64,000 nt of DNA from an uncultured Candidatus Saccharibacteria bacterium (GCA_964457775.1 CAYWEW010000001.1:17783-81782), one strand, 5' to 3'. Positions 46,449-56,344 are shown, counted from the first letter of the stretch. Translations and numbers: made by a program. Notes: generated by a model from the sequence alone, not told the origin.

Positions 46449-46467
46449 AAATTTTATGTTAAAGAAA

Positions 46468-47754
46468 TTATTTACTAGAAAATCCAGAACTGAATAAGAA
46501 TTTCATCAATCGACTACTTGATTTATTTGCAATCGCTCTCATGAATACACGAGTAACCAGTTGAGCAGAAATAAGGGAGACTACTGCACCTAAGAAGAAA
46601 GTGAAGGCAAAGCCTTTCACAACAGATGTTCCCATCCAGAAAAGAATTACTGATACGATGATAGCTGCAATATGTGAATCACGAATAGATGTCCAAGCTC
46701 TTGCGAACCCTAGTTCTACAGCATCGAACAATCCCTTACCTCCACGTATTTCTTCTTTCATGCGTTCAAATGTAAGCACATTCGCATCCACCGCGAGCCC
46801 AACAGAAATAATGAATCCAGCAATACCAGCTGAAGTCAGAGTTACTGGAATAAATTTAAAGAGTGCAAGCATAATCGCACTGTAGGCCACAAGACCAAGT
46901 GATGCCATTATTCCTGGAAGACGATACCAGACTATCATGAAGATAACAACGAGAATAAATCCAATTATTCCTGCCCTAACTCCTGCATTCACCGCTGACG
47001 TTCCTAGTGTTGGTCCAACAACATTTGTTCCAGAAAGTATAACGGGGAGAGGAAGAGCTCCTGCGTTTAAGCGCCCAACGAGCGTTCGCGCTTCATCGAT
47101 TGTAAAATTCCCGGAAATAACTGCCTTACCCCCTGTGATTTCTTCATTTACTACTGGTGCAGAAATTGGAAGACCGTCTAAGAATATCGCAACTTGCTTC
47201 CCGATATTTGCTTTTGTAATTTGAGCGAAAAGTTTTGCCCCTTCATCGTCAAAAATAAGTTCCACTTTTGGTTTGTTAGTTGTTTGATCAAACACGAGTC
47301 CAGCACGATCTAAGTAACGACCAGTAAGTGCTGATAATTCATAACCATTTATAAAATCAATTGACGAAGTTGACTCTTTTGTTCCTGGTTTAATTGTACG
47401 AAAGTCTAGCACTGGCGTCTCCCCAATCATCTTTTCTGCAGCGGCTACATCAGTTACACCTGGTAATTCAACAATCAATCTCCATTCGGAAGCTAAGCGT
47501 GAATACTGTGTTGTAACTGTCGGTTCACGTACACCGAAGAGATTCACACGACGCTCAACCACATCACGAAGTGATGCGACAGACGCTGATACATCCGCAT
47601 CTTTTGGTAATGAACTTATATCAATTTTGTAAGTAAGTGCAGAACCCCCTGCCAAATCAAGACCTAAAACAAAGTCTTTTCCACCATTTATTAAAAAATA
47701 CCCCAATGCAATCGTTGCAATCACCACCCATACTGCTTTAATTTTATGCTTCAT
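46468..47754 (-). CDS. secD: Protein translocase subunit SecD
   Basis: 428 aa with periplasmic domain and C-terminal 6-TM SecD/SecF fold. Confidence 0.85.
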   Translation of the reverse strand: MKHKIKAVWVVIATIALGYFLINGGKDFVLGLDLAGGSALTYKIDISSLPKDADVSASVASLRDVVERRVNLFGVREPTVTTQYSRLASEWRLIVELPGVTDVAAAEKMIGETPVLDFRTIKPGTKESTSSIDFINGYELSALTGRYLDRAGLVFDQTTNKPKVELIFDDEGAKLFAQITKANIGKQVAIFLDGLPISAPVVNEEITGGKAVISGNFTIDEARTLVGRLNAGALPLPVILSGTNVVGPTLGTSAVNAGVRAGIIGFILVVIFMIVWYRLPGIMASLGLVAYSAIMLALFKFIPVTLTSAGIAGFIISVGLAVDANVLTFERMKEEIRGGKGLFDAVELGFARAWTSIRDSHIAAIIVSVILFWMGTSVVKGFAFTFFLGAVVSLISAQLVTRVFMRAIANKSSSRLMKFLFSSGFSSK

Positions 47755-47846
47755 AATCTGACGATTATATCATAAAGGTATTAGTTAGACACTAGTTGCG
47801 TTTATTAAGTAATATATAATACATGATGCCGTGATATACTTTTATT

Positions 47847-48212
47847 ATGTTTAATTTTTGGCCATATTTATTAAGACTTGCCGTTGCTTTCTATTTTATT
47901 TACCCTCACGGGCAAGCACTAATGTTGGGGGTAAAGAAGGTTGGGGTCGCTGCTTTTACTTGTATTAATGAATACATTCCGACGACTATTGCTTTTACTA
48001 TTTGGCATGCATGTTTTGTTTTACTGGGAATTCTTATCCTTATTTGGCCAAGACCAATACTACCACTTCTGGTAGCTCTTATTATTCTTTCTAGTCAGTT
48101 ATACATTAACTTCGCAATGCATGGATACGCCACAAACAGCATGCTGTTATTTATTCTACTTCTTGTATCTCTTGCCCTTATAATTTATCATTCTCGTCCA
48201 CAGTTTCGTTAA
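47847..48212 (+). CDS. Small polytopic membrane protein, hypothetical
   Basis: 121 aa, 4 predicted TM. Confidence 0.4.
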   Translation: MFNFWPYLLRLAVAFYFIYPHGQALMLGVKKVGVAAFTCINEYIPTTIAFTIWHACFVLLGILILIWPRPILPLLVALIILSSQLYINFAMHGYATNSMLLFILLLVSLALIIYHSRPQFR

Positions 48213-48252
48213 ACAGCTACTTACATTGAATTGTGATTGCAAATAAATAAAA

Positions 48253-50421
48253 ATGACTTCGTACAATCTCACATCTTCAATTTCCTCAATTGCTCGAATA
48301 AATCCTGACCATCAAGAAGGGTTAAAGCGACTACATATAGAAAACATAAGTGATTTACTTTATCATTTCCCTACTCGTTATGCAGATATACGCGAAGAAG
48401 CTCATGTTGTAAATATAAAAAAGGGAGACCAGGTTACTATTTATGGTGTCATGGAAAAAGTCACTATCAAAAGAAGTTTCAGAGGACATATGCCAATGAC
48501 AGAAGCAAGAGTTGCAGATGATACTGGAATAATAAAATGCATTTGGTTTAATCAAGCATATATTGGCAAGATGTATCCTGACGGAACCAAGGTAAAAGTT
48601 GCGGGGGTGGTTAATGAAGATAGCCGTGGAGTATTCCTTTCTAATCCAACAATAGAACGACTAGTTGCACTACCTGAACACAGTGACTCACTTTTCGCAT
48701 CCACTGTTGCTCCAGAATTTCTTACACCTATATATAGAGAAACAAAGGGTGTCTCATCTTTATATCTTTACACACTCATCAAGAAAGCTATTTCAGGTGG
48801 AGTACTCGATAATGTCACTGACCCTATTCCATCACATATAACCAAAAAACTTCACCTTCCAGAATTAAAAGATGCGCTTCTTTATATTCACTTTCCAAAG
48901 AACGAAGCCTTAACTGTGGCTGCTCGTAAAAGATTCGCTTTTGAAGAAATATTTTATCTTCAACTAAAACAATATAAAGAAAAAGTTGAAGCCAAACATT
49001 CTCTTGCTTATCCCATAACTATCGACAACAAAGAAATTGATAAGTTCATCAAATCCTTCCCCTTTACTCCAACTAAGGCCCAATTAGATGCCATAGAATC
49101 AATTTTAAAAGACGTTTCAAGAAAAGAACCAATGGGAAGACTGCTTGAAGGTGACGTTGGTAGTGGTAAGACTTTTGTTGCTGCGGTTGTGTCGCATGCC
49201 ATACTACAAAATAGAGTTGGAAAATCTGGAACAAATCTTCAAATTGCATATATGGCCCCAACTGAAATTTTGGCCAAGCAACACTTCGAAAGTTTTATTA
49301 GTTATTTTAAAGGAACTGGAATTGAAATTGGGTTGTTAACCAGCGCTGGTTGTTCGAAGTTCCCAAGTAAAACTGACAAAACGTCCCACACTACTATTTC
49401 CCGTGCACAATTACTTAAATGGTTAGCTGATGGCAGAGTATCAATTGTTATAGGAACACATTCACTTATTCAAAAAACAATACAATTTTCTAATCTCGCA
49501 TTAATTATTATTGATGAACAACATCGCTTCGGAGTAAAACAACGAAAACTTCTAGCTTCTAAAAAAGGTGAAGTCAGAAAAGAACTCCCTCACCTACTAT
49601 CGATGACTGCTACCCCGATTCCACGAACACTAGCTCTCACTATCTTCGGAGACCTAGACCTCACTGTAATTGACACAATGCCAAAGGAACGCAAAAAAAT
49701 TATTACTGAAATAATAAAAAGTAAAGACAGGACTGAAACCTATGAGAAAATTCGTAAAGAATTAGAAGCTGGACGACAAGTCTATGTAATATGTCCACGT
49801 ATAGATGAACAAGATGAGGAAGAAGCTCAAAAAAGAACTTTAAAAAGTGTGAAGGAGGAAGCGAAAAGATTATCAGAAATTATTTTCCCAGAATTTATTG
49901 TTGATATCTTGCACAGCAAAATGAAAAAAGAAGAGAAGGAAGAAGTTATGCAAGATTTCTTGGATAAAAAATCTGACATATTAGTTGCTACTTCAGTTAT
50001 CGAAGTTGGTATCAATGTACCGAATGCAACGGTGATTGTTATAGAACACGCTGATAGATTCGGACTCGCACAACTTCACCAACTTCGTGGTCGTGTCGGA
50101 CGACGAGAGTACCAATCCTATTGTTATCTGTTTACTGAGAGCGTTGGCGAGATAACACAAACACGACTGAAGGCACTAGTTAATGCAAAGAATGGGTTCG
50201 AGCTTGCAGAAGCAGATATGATGGCACGTGGCATAGGAATGCTTATGGATGGAAAACAGTGGGGAATTAGTGATCTTGCAATGGAAGCTATTAAGAATCC
50301 GAAGTTAGTTGAGATAGCACGTGATGAAGCGCGCGAGTTACTCGATAATGACGGAACATTAGAAAATTATCCCGACCTAGCAGAAATAATTAAAAGTCGC
50401 GAAACTGTTCACATGGAATAA
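48253..50421 (+). CDS. recG: ATP-dependent DNA helicase RecG
   Basis: Wedge/OB N-domain, helicase motif I LLEGDVGSGKTFVA, DEQHRFG, C-terminal helicase domain; 722 aa. Confidence 0.9.
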   Translation: MTSYNLTSSISSIARINPDHQEGLKRLHIENISDLLYHFPTRYADIREEAHVVNIKKGDQVTIYGVMEKVTIKRSFRGHMPMTEARVADDTGIIKCIWFNQAYIGKMYPDGTKVKVAGVVNEDSRGVFLSNPTIERLVALPEHSDSLFASTVAPEFLTPIYRETKGVSSLYLYTLIKKAISGGVLDNVTDPIPSHITKKLHLPELKDALLYIHFPKNEALTVAARKRFAFEEIFYLQLKQYKEKVEAKHSLAYPITIDNKEIDKFIKSFPFTPTKAQLDAIESILKDVSRKEPMGRLLEGDVGSGKTFVAAVVSHAILQNRVGKSGTNLQIAYMAPTEILAKQHFESFISYFKGTGIEIGLLTSAGCSKFPSKTDKTSHTTISRAQLLKWLADGRVSIVIGTHSLIQKTIQFSNLALIIIDEQHRFGVKQRKLLASKKGEVRKELPHLLSMTATPIPRTLALTIFGDLDLTVIDTMPKERKKIITEIIKSKDRTETYEKIRKELEAGRQVYVICPRIDEQDEEEAQKRTLKSVKEEAKRLSEIIFPEFIVDILHSKMKKEEKEEVMQDFLDKKSDILVATSVIEVGINVPNATVIVIEHADRFGLAQLHQLRGRVGRREYQSYCYLFTESVGEITQTRLKALVNAKNGFELAEADMMARGIGMLMDGKQWGISDLAMEAIKNPKLVEIARDEARELLDNDGTLENYPDLAEIIKSRETVHME

Positions 50422-50467
50422 TTGAGGTGGAAATTTTCCATTATTTTTGATATAGTTTAGAGCAATT

Positions 50468-50540
50468 GCATCCGTAGCTCAGTTGGTAGAGCCGTCGTCT
50501 TATACACGACTGGTCCCTGGTTCGAGTCCAGGCGGATGCA
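50468..50540 (+). tRNA. tRNA-Ile with unusual UAU anticodon (reads AUA)
   Basis: Manual fold: acceptor GCATCCG/CGGATGC, D-arm GCTC-AGTTGGTA-GAGC, anticodon stem GTCGT/ACGAC with loop CTTATAC (U33, UAU, A37), T-arm CCTGG-TTCGAGT-CCAGG, discriminator A, no CCA. Confidence 0.75.
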
Positions 50541-50745
50541 CAAAAGAACGAAGTGAATTTTGTGCATCCGAAGAAACACAACTGCTTGTGTTTCGTCTGG
50601 ACGAGAAAGCCACAAGCATATTTTGCTAGCAAGCAAAATGCTATACCTAAAAGGTCATTCTGTTGAATGAGGAGTGACTGATTAGAAAATCATGTCGTGA
50701 GACCAAAGCAAAAATTTTTGTGACAACAAAAATTTATTTGTAGGA

Positions 50746-50766
50746 GAGTCCAGGCGGATGCACAAA
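50746..50766 (+). repeat. 21-bp direct repeat of the tRNA-Ile 3' end (att-like)
   Basis: gagtccaggcggatgcacaaa is identical to 50524-50544. Confidence 0.7.
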
Positions 50767-50866
50767 TTACGCACCTGTTCACAACTAGTATTTACTTACT
50801 TTTTTGTGGGTGTACCATTAAGTTAGGCTCTTTAAAGTAAGACTGTTCAAAAAAGGAGGAATCACC

Positions 50867-51094
50867 ATGAATGCAATAGATTCAGTTTCAAATGTATCAC
50901 GACTGCAACCTCAATCCGGAGTTGCAAATGAACCCAAAGCGTCTGCAGTTAAGACAAGAGAAGAAGCTCCGCCTTCATCTGTTGTTCATCTCAGCAGAAA
51001 AATAGAACCTGACACAGATGTCGGATACGGGCATTTGTCAGACAGGAAAAATGCTGGGCGGTCACCATACCCAGCTGATGTTCTGAAATCGTAA
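50867..51094 (+). CDS. Small hypothetical protein (75 aa)
   Basis: RBS aaaggagg 7 nt upstream. Terminator aaaggcgacc-ttgt-ggtcgccttttt at 51115-51142. GC higher than background. Confidence 0.45.
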   Translation: MNAIDSVSNVSRLQPQSGVANEPKASAVKTREEAPPSSVVHLSRKIEPDTDVGYGHLSDRKNAGRSPYPADVLKS

Positions 51095-51214
51095 CTACGC
51101 TACGATTCAAACATAAAAGGCGACCTTGTGGTCGCCTTTTTGTATTGAGCACAACACAAATAAAATATGATAGTATTCATTTAGAAAGTCCTATCTTAAT
51201 TACGAGGAGTTAAA

Positions 51215-51529
51215 ATGAGTAGAGAAGAATACACTTTTATTGGTGGGATGATTGCTGGTCAACACTGTATGGTTTTGAATCCAAGGCACCCATCATGGAC
51301 AAAAGAAGAGGATGACCGTTATCGAAGAGATTTTTTAAGTGAAATTTATATGGATACATCTATAAGTGAATTTCGTCACGGTTGTCGTACCAATCTCGGT
51401 CGTTATAATGGTCGAGACATAGAAAGACTTTCTCTTCCTGATGTGTTGCAATTATGTTTTCCAGAAACACCAGAAGAAGCAATGCTTGCGTTTTCTATCT
51501 CAAACTTTTGGGTTGGGAGAGTTTTGTAA
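51215..51529 (+). CDS. Small hypothetical protein (104 aa)
   Basis: RBS gaggag. Terminator aaaggcaatc-gcaa-gattgccttttt at 51543-51570. Confidence 0.45.
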   Translation: MSREEYTFIGGMIAGQHCMVLNPRHPSWTKEEDDRYRRDFLSEIYMDTSISEFRHGCRTNLGRYNGRDIERLSLPDVLQLCFPETPEEAMLAFSISNFWVGRVL

Positions 51530-51606
51530 ATCATTCACCAAAAAAAGGCAATCGCAAGATTGCCTTTTTGTATTTTAACTACACACTACCAACTACGTAC
51601 TATTCT

Positions 51607-53517
51607 TTATACTACTTCCACTTTCTTCTTCACTGGTATACCATGTAGAGTTAAAATCTTTTCAAACTCCTCTCTTTCAATATTTTCTACACGCATAAGT
51701 TCTTCTGCGATAGCAACTAGCACTGTACGTTTATCAAGAATAATATTTCTAGCTCTCTGCCATGCTTCATCTAAGATACGCTTCACTTCGCCATCGATTT
51801 TTTCTCCATACGCTTCACTATATTCTTTGCTGTAGAAAACACTACGTTGTTCTCCTTCTGGTACATAAGTCACCGGACCAAGTGTACTCATACCATAACG
51901 CGTAACCATAGCGCGAGCCATCGCTGTTGCTACTTGCAAATCATTTGATGGGCCAGTTGTGATATCACCAAATATTTCTTTCTCTGTAACATAACCACCG
52001 AGTGACATCGCGATATCATCCAAGAATGTCGCACGACTCATGAGTCGTCTTTCATCAAGCGGAAGCTTAAGTGTATACCCTCCAGCGTGTCCTCGAGCAA
52101 TAATAGATATCTTATGTATTGGGTCAGCATCAGGTAAACATGATGCAACAAGAGCGTGTCCTGCTTCATGATATGCAGTTATTTTCTTTTCTTGTGGAGT
52201 AAGCACATGACTCTTTCTTTCGGGACCGAGCATAACCTTTTCAATAGAGCGTATGAGGTCATACTGTGCGACACTCTTTCTTTCTTCCCGTGCTGCTAGG
52301 ATTGCTGATTCATTCATAAGTGAATAAAGATCTGCACCAGAAAATCCTGGAGTGCGTTCTGCGATGACTTTCAAATTAACATCTTCTGCGAGTGGTTTTA
52401 ATTTTACATGCACACCAAGTATTGCTTCACGATCATTTCTGTCTGGCAAATCAAGTGTGACTCGTCTATCGAATCTTCCTGGACGAAGAAGTGCTTGATC
52501 AAGTACATCCGGTCTGTTAGTTGCTGCCATAATAATCAAATTCATAGTTGGTTCGAATCCATCCATCTCAACCAGTATTTGATTAAGTGTTTGCTCACGT
52601 CCTTCACCTTGACCACCGAGTGACGGTGAACGTGTGCGTCCAACTGCATCTATTTCATCAATAAAAATAATTGCTGGTGCCGCTTTCTTTGCCATGTCAA
52701 ATAAATCACGCACACGAGACGCTCCTACACCGACGAACATCTCTTCGAATTCACTTCCAGATAAATGGAAGAATGGTACTGCTGCCTCACCTGCCACAGC
52801 ACGAGCAAGCATTGTCTTTCCTGTTCCTGGTGCCCCCATCAAAAGAACCCCTTTTGGAATTTGTGCGCCTATGTCTGTAAACTTTTGTGGAGCTCGAAGG
52901 AATTCTACGATTTCTAATAATTCTTCTTTAGCTTCTTTTGCACCTGCAACGTCTTTGAACAGTATTTTTTCTTTCGTGTCGTCTGGATAAATAACTTTTG
53001 CACGTGATTGTCCAAAAGAAAGAGCTTGAACATTTGCTCCTTTGATTCCACGAGCTAGCCACCAAATCATGAATCCTAAGAAAAGAATTGGAAGTATGAT
53101 TGGAATAAGTGAACCCCAAAATGACAACCCTCTCTCAGACGAAACGGTAATCGTAGTTGTTGCGAGTGTTGAAGTGCTAACTCCGTATATTTTGAGTGCT
53201 TCAAGAATTGAAACCCCTGTTTCTTTTTTACTTAAAACTTTTGTTTTATCTATTTTTTCTCCTGTAAGGGCATCTCCTTCTACAGTGATTGCTATTATTT
53301 GTTGTTGATTAACAAGCTCTGCAAATGAAGAAAGTGGAATAATTGGTGTGGCTTTCTTTTCAGAAAAAATAGAGTACCCCCAAACTAGGAACATAAAAAT
53401 AATAAAGGAACCGAACAACTGCTGAGAAAAACTCTGCACCTTTTTTGCAGTTGTAACTTTTTCCCCATCCTTTTTTGTTATTTTTCCTATTTTTGGCATT
53501 TTCATCTTTTTCATCAA
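51607..53517 (-). CDS. ftsH: ATP-dependent zinc metalloprotease FtsH
   Basis: N-terminal TMs, AAA module [18 protein letters not shown]...DEIDAVGR, protease HEAGHAL motif. Confidence 0.9.
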   Translation of the reverse strand: MMKKMKMPKIGKITKKDGEKVTTAKKVQSFSQQLFGSFIIFMFLVWGYSIFSEKKATPIIPLSSFAELVNQQQIIAITVEGDALTGEKIDKTKVLSKKETGVSILEALKIYGVSTSTLATTTITVSSERGLSFWGSLIPIILPILFLGFMIWWLARGIKGANVQALSFGQSRAKVIYPDDTKEKILFKDVAGAKEAKEELLEIVEFLRAPQKFTDIGAQIPKGVLLMGAPGTGKTMLARAVAGEAAVPFFHLSGSEFEEMFVGVGASRVRDLFDMAKKAAPAIIFIDEIDAVGRTRSPSLGGQGEGREQTLNQILVEMDGFEPTMNLIIMAATNRPDVLDQALLRPGRFDRRVTLDLPDRNDREAILGVHVKLKPLAEDVNLKVIAERTPGFSGADLYSLMNESAILAAREERKSVAQYDLIRSIEKVMLGPERKSHVLTPQEKKITAYHEAGHALVASCLPDADPIHKISIIARGHAGGYTLKLPLDERRLMSRATFLDDIAMSLGGYVTEKEIFGDITTGPSNDLQVATAMARAMVTRYGMSTLGPVTYVPEGEQRSVFYSKEYSEAYGEKIDGEVKRILDEAWQRARNIILDKRTVLVAIAEELMRVENIEREEFEKILTLHGIPVKKKVEVV

Positions 53518-53569
53518 ACCATTCTATCATATTCAACTAAATAGGTAATGTATATGCTAAAATCTAAAT

Positions 53570-54001
53570 ATGCGTTTGATAGATAGTAAAAAACTACATC
53601 TCACTTATGTAATAACAGATAGCCTTGAAGCAGGTGTTGAGCTTTTTGGTTTTGAGGTAAAGGCTCTACGTAAAAAGTTGGGTTCACTTGATGGTGCTAA
53701 GGTTTTAATTCGTGGTGGTGAGGCATTTCTTGTTGGTGTTTATATTCCACCATACCAAGTAGCGAATACTCCGAAGGGTTATGACCCCTATCGTACTCGT
53801 AAATTACTTCTCAAAAGATCTGACATTGAGAATTTGTACAACAAAGAACAATCAAAGACCTTGACATTACATCCAAATTCATTGTATTCTACACACAACC
53901 TCATTAAATGTGAGGTTGCTGTTTGTAAGAAAAAAGATAGTAAAGATAAGCGAGAAGATATTAAGAAAGATATTGCTCGCAGAGAATTACGTTCTATATA
54001 A
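53570..54001 (+). CDS. smpB: SsrA-binding protein SmpB
   Basis: 143 aa; GxEVKAL and RTRKLLL motifs; tmRNA gene lies directly downstream. Confidence 0.85.
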   Translation: MRLIDSKKLHLTYVITDSLEAGVELFGFEVKALRKKLGSLDGAKVLIRGGEAFLVGVYIPPYQVANTPKGYDPYRTRKLLLKRSDIENLYNKEQSKTLTLHPNSLYSTHNLIKCEVAVCKKKDSKDKREDIKKDIARRELRSI

Positions 54002-54044
54002 TCACGACAACGTGTCTGAATTTTAAAATTAAGAATATTACCTT

Positions 54045-54128
54045 AGATACGCGAAGCAACAAATTTTTAGAAGAAGGCGTACTAATAGTACGACGACTGA
54101 TAAAAATGAAGTTGCGACAAAGTAGATG
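54045..54128. repeat. Copy b of the ~85-nt structured repeat family, 23 nt upstream of the tmRNA 5' end
   Basis: tacgcgaagcaacAAATTTTTAgaagaagGCGTACtaataGTACGaCgactgaTAAAAATgaagttgcgacaaagtagat. Confidence 0.55.
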
Positions 54129-54151
54129 AGGTAAGATTGTTTATTTTAATT

Positions 54152-54538
54152 GGGGGTGACTTTGGCTTCGATACTAAGAATATGATGTATGTGCTGTATC
54201 GAGACTGCTCTTACACTCGTAAACGTTTTGAGCAACCATGTTGCAAACTCAACTGGCAAGGCTATCCGTTCGCCATACGCGTTCGGACTAGTTCCAGCAT
54301 TCGTCTAATTTAGACCTATCTGGTGTCCTTCTTTTTCGTATCTACGGAAAAAGTCTGGGCAATATAACAGAAGATGTAGGTTATCTTGTTGCATAGCAAC
54401 CTAACCGAAACAAACATGCTATACATTCATTGTTTTCGTTTGTTTTCTATAATGAATACGAACACATGAAGCAAACTACATACAGTAGATTCATGCACCA
54501 TACATTATTACACGCGGGTTCAATTCCCGCCACCTCCA
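54152..54538 (+). ncRNA. ssrA: tmRNA (ssrA), one-piece, ~387 nt, CCA not encoded
   Basis: 5' GGGGGTGACTTTGGCTTCGAT and 3' CACGCGGGTTCAATTCCCGCCACCTCCA match the conserved tmRNA tRNA-like ends; acceptor strands pair. Candidate tag ORF GCA AAC ... GTC TAA at 54243-54308 (ANSTGKAIRSPYAFGLVPAFV). Confidence 0.7.
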
Positions 54539-54592
54539 CAAATACAAAATACTCCACCCCTCTGGTGGAGTATTTTGTATTTGTGGAGGTGG
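54530..54592 (+). terminator. 29-bp perfect hairpin that includes the tmRNA 3' acceptor strand
   Basis: CCACCTCCACAAATACAAAATACTCCACC-cctct-GGTGGAGTATTTTGTATTTGTGGAGGTGG. Confidence 0.5.
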
Positions 54593-54617
54593 AGAAAGCC
54601 AACTGCTTGGCTTTCAA

Positions 54618-54804
54618 GGGAATTGAATACTGGGTCGCGAAATCATCTGTTACGAACAAAGTGAGTAACTGATTTTGTGACCAATTCCCCCACCTTCGTC
54701 ACTTTCGGGGAACTGAATGCGGGTCGGGAATCTGCTTCGATCAAAGCTGATTAGTAAATCACGTCGGGAGACGCTAGGCAGATTTGTGACCGATTCCATC
54801 TCCT
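54618..54804 (+). repeat. Two tandem structured units (79 and 98 nt) downstream of tmRNA; each has a long-range closing helix and ends with a degenerate copy of the tmRNA 3' end
   Basis: Unit 1 GGGAATTGAATaCtGGGTCGcGAAATCATCTG...CTGATTTTGTGACCAATTCCCCCACCT. Unit 2 GGGGAACTGAATgCgGGTCGgGAATCTG...CAGATTTGTGACCGATTCCATCTCC. Compare tmRNA TTCAATTCCCGCCACCTCC. Confidence 0.5.
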
Positions 54805-54902
54805 AAAATAAAATTTGATGTTGATTTGATATCTCCCCTCTTGTATTGTAGGATACGAAACAGAACTCATTTTGAGTCGTGTACTTTTAAAGGGAGAAAC
54901 CC

Positions 54903-55562
54903 GTGAACGAAATCACTTTACATGCTATTGCTACAAAATTCGTTGACCTCATCTTGAAGTATCAGGACAGTTGGCAAGTAATTACAGAGTTACCAGAAAA
55001 CGAAATGTCTGTATTTTTTTTAATTGTCAGAACAGTTGGTTTTGAAATAACAGAAGTAAAAGAAGGAAAACTTGTTGGTCATTATCATGACCAAGACGGT
55101 ATCACTGGGAAAACGTATCCGATCAACAAACTTTGTCCATTTAAAGTAGTCAATAAAGATCGTGATAACTACAACGCAACAAATTGGTTAGATAGTATGT
55201 TTTCTACTGTAATATCTTCACACAATGGTAAGCCCTACGGGGAATATGATCTACTTGTCGAAAGAGTAATTGAAGCTGTAAGAAAAAGTATTCACCTTAC
55301 TCCTGTTTTGTTGACATCTGAAGGCGACACGCTGCGTGAATATCCATCTGACAATCTTTTCAAACACACAAACGATAGCGACAAACTTGGTTCAAGTGTC
55401 GGTGTTCACAAAGTTTGTAATGGATTCATGGACCGAAAATCTACAACAGAAACACACGATGTAATTCTCTGTAGAAGTTGTGGACTTAGAGTTTCTTTCC
55501 CAAACACAATAAAAACATACGGTGAACTGAGGCAATTCTTTAACTCAAAGCTTAACAATTGA
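54903..55562 (+). CDS. Hypothetical protein (219 aa), GTG start, C-terminal Cys cluster
   Basis: RBS agggag; HKVCNGF...CRSCG possible zinc-binding; no recognisable domain. Confidence 0.45.
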   Translation: MNEITLHAIATKFVDLILKYQDSWQVITELPENEMSVFFLIVRTVGFEITEVKEGKLVGHYHDQDGITGKTYPINKLCPFKVVNKDRDNYNATNWLDSMFSTVISSHNGKPYGEYDLLVERVIEAVRKSIHLTPVLLTSEGDTLREYPSDNLFKHTNDSDKLGSSVGVHKVCNGFMDRKSTTETHDVILCRSCGLRVSFPNTIKTYGELRQFFNSKLNN

Positions 55563-55681
55563 AGCATTAACCTTTTGCAACAATCCCCAACTCCTATCTA
55601 GTAACTATATGTGAACGGTGGGAGTTTTTATAACAAAAATGCCACTAACTTTCGAAAGTGGCATCTGAGAAACTTTTTCAT

Positions 55682-56167
55682 TTAACGCGAAACATCTCCA
55701 CAAAACTTACAAACACCTTCAGAATAAACACCGAGGCAGTTTTTGCTTATATGAATCCTTGCATGAAAATTGTAGCTGTCTGCCAAATTAACCGCAAAAT
55801 TAACCATGGAATTCATTCCCTTTCTTTCTTTGTTACTGAACATGCTTCTACTGACAGCTTCAAAGACACCTCCTGAAATGTATCCTTTATTATTTTTTTG
55901 CCAAATCTCTGATGTTTTTGAAACAATGTTATGGTCAAGACCTTTACGCGGAACTGGCCAAGTTACAACTTCTATTGGCTCTTCAGCTACTGATAAATCA
56001 TATTTTGGGAGACCAGCTTTTTCCTCAAGCTTCCGTAAACAATCATCAATACTTGAGCCGACAACATTCATACGAATATGTTGTGGTGGGCTAATAATTT
56101 GACTAACCCTTCCAAAAATTCCAAAACCTTGAAAAAACCCAATCATTTTTTGACTGATGGATAACAT
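55682..56167 (-). CDS. Hypothetical protein (~161 aa) with C-terminal CxxxxxxCxxC
   Basis: Start set at ATG 56167, which has GGAGG upstream (MLSISQKMIGFF...). Confidence 0.45.
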   Translation of the reverse strand: MLSISQKMIGFFQGFGIFGRVSQIISPPQHIRMNVVGSSIDDCLRKLEEKAGLPKYDLSVAEEPIEVVTWPVPRKGLDHNIVSKTSEIWQKNNKGYISGGVFEAVSRSMFSNKERKGMNSMVNFAVNLADSYNFHARIHISKNCLGVYSEGVCKFCGDVSR

Positions 56168-56344
56168 GGCACACCTCCGTAATGTGTAGACATTTAAAAA
56201 AACTACTGAGTGCATCCTACTATAATGAATAATATAGTCAATAAAAATAAATACTCAAACCCTTCCCAATATTCCAATAATATGTTATAAAATATCTAGC
56301 CAAATTTAGTCAAATTTTGTTCATTAACTAAAGGGGAAGTAGCT

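Noticed and set aside
50441-50632. Minus-strand ORF 50441-50632
   Set aside because: Overlaps tRNA-Ile and its hairpin terminator.
54430-54672. ORFs 54430-54672 (+) and 54447-54659 (-)
   Set aside because: They sit inside the tmRNA 3' region and its 29-bp hairpin. The two mirror-image ORFs are an artefact of the long inverted repeat.
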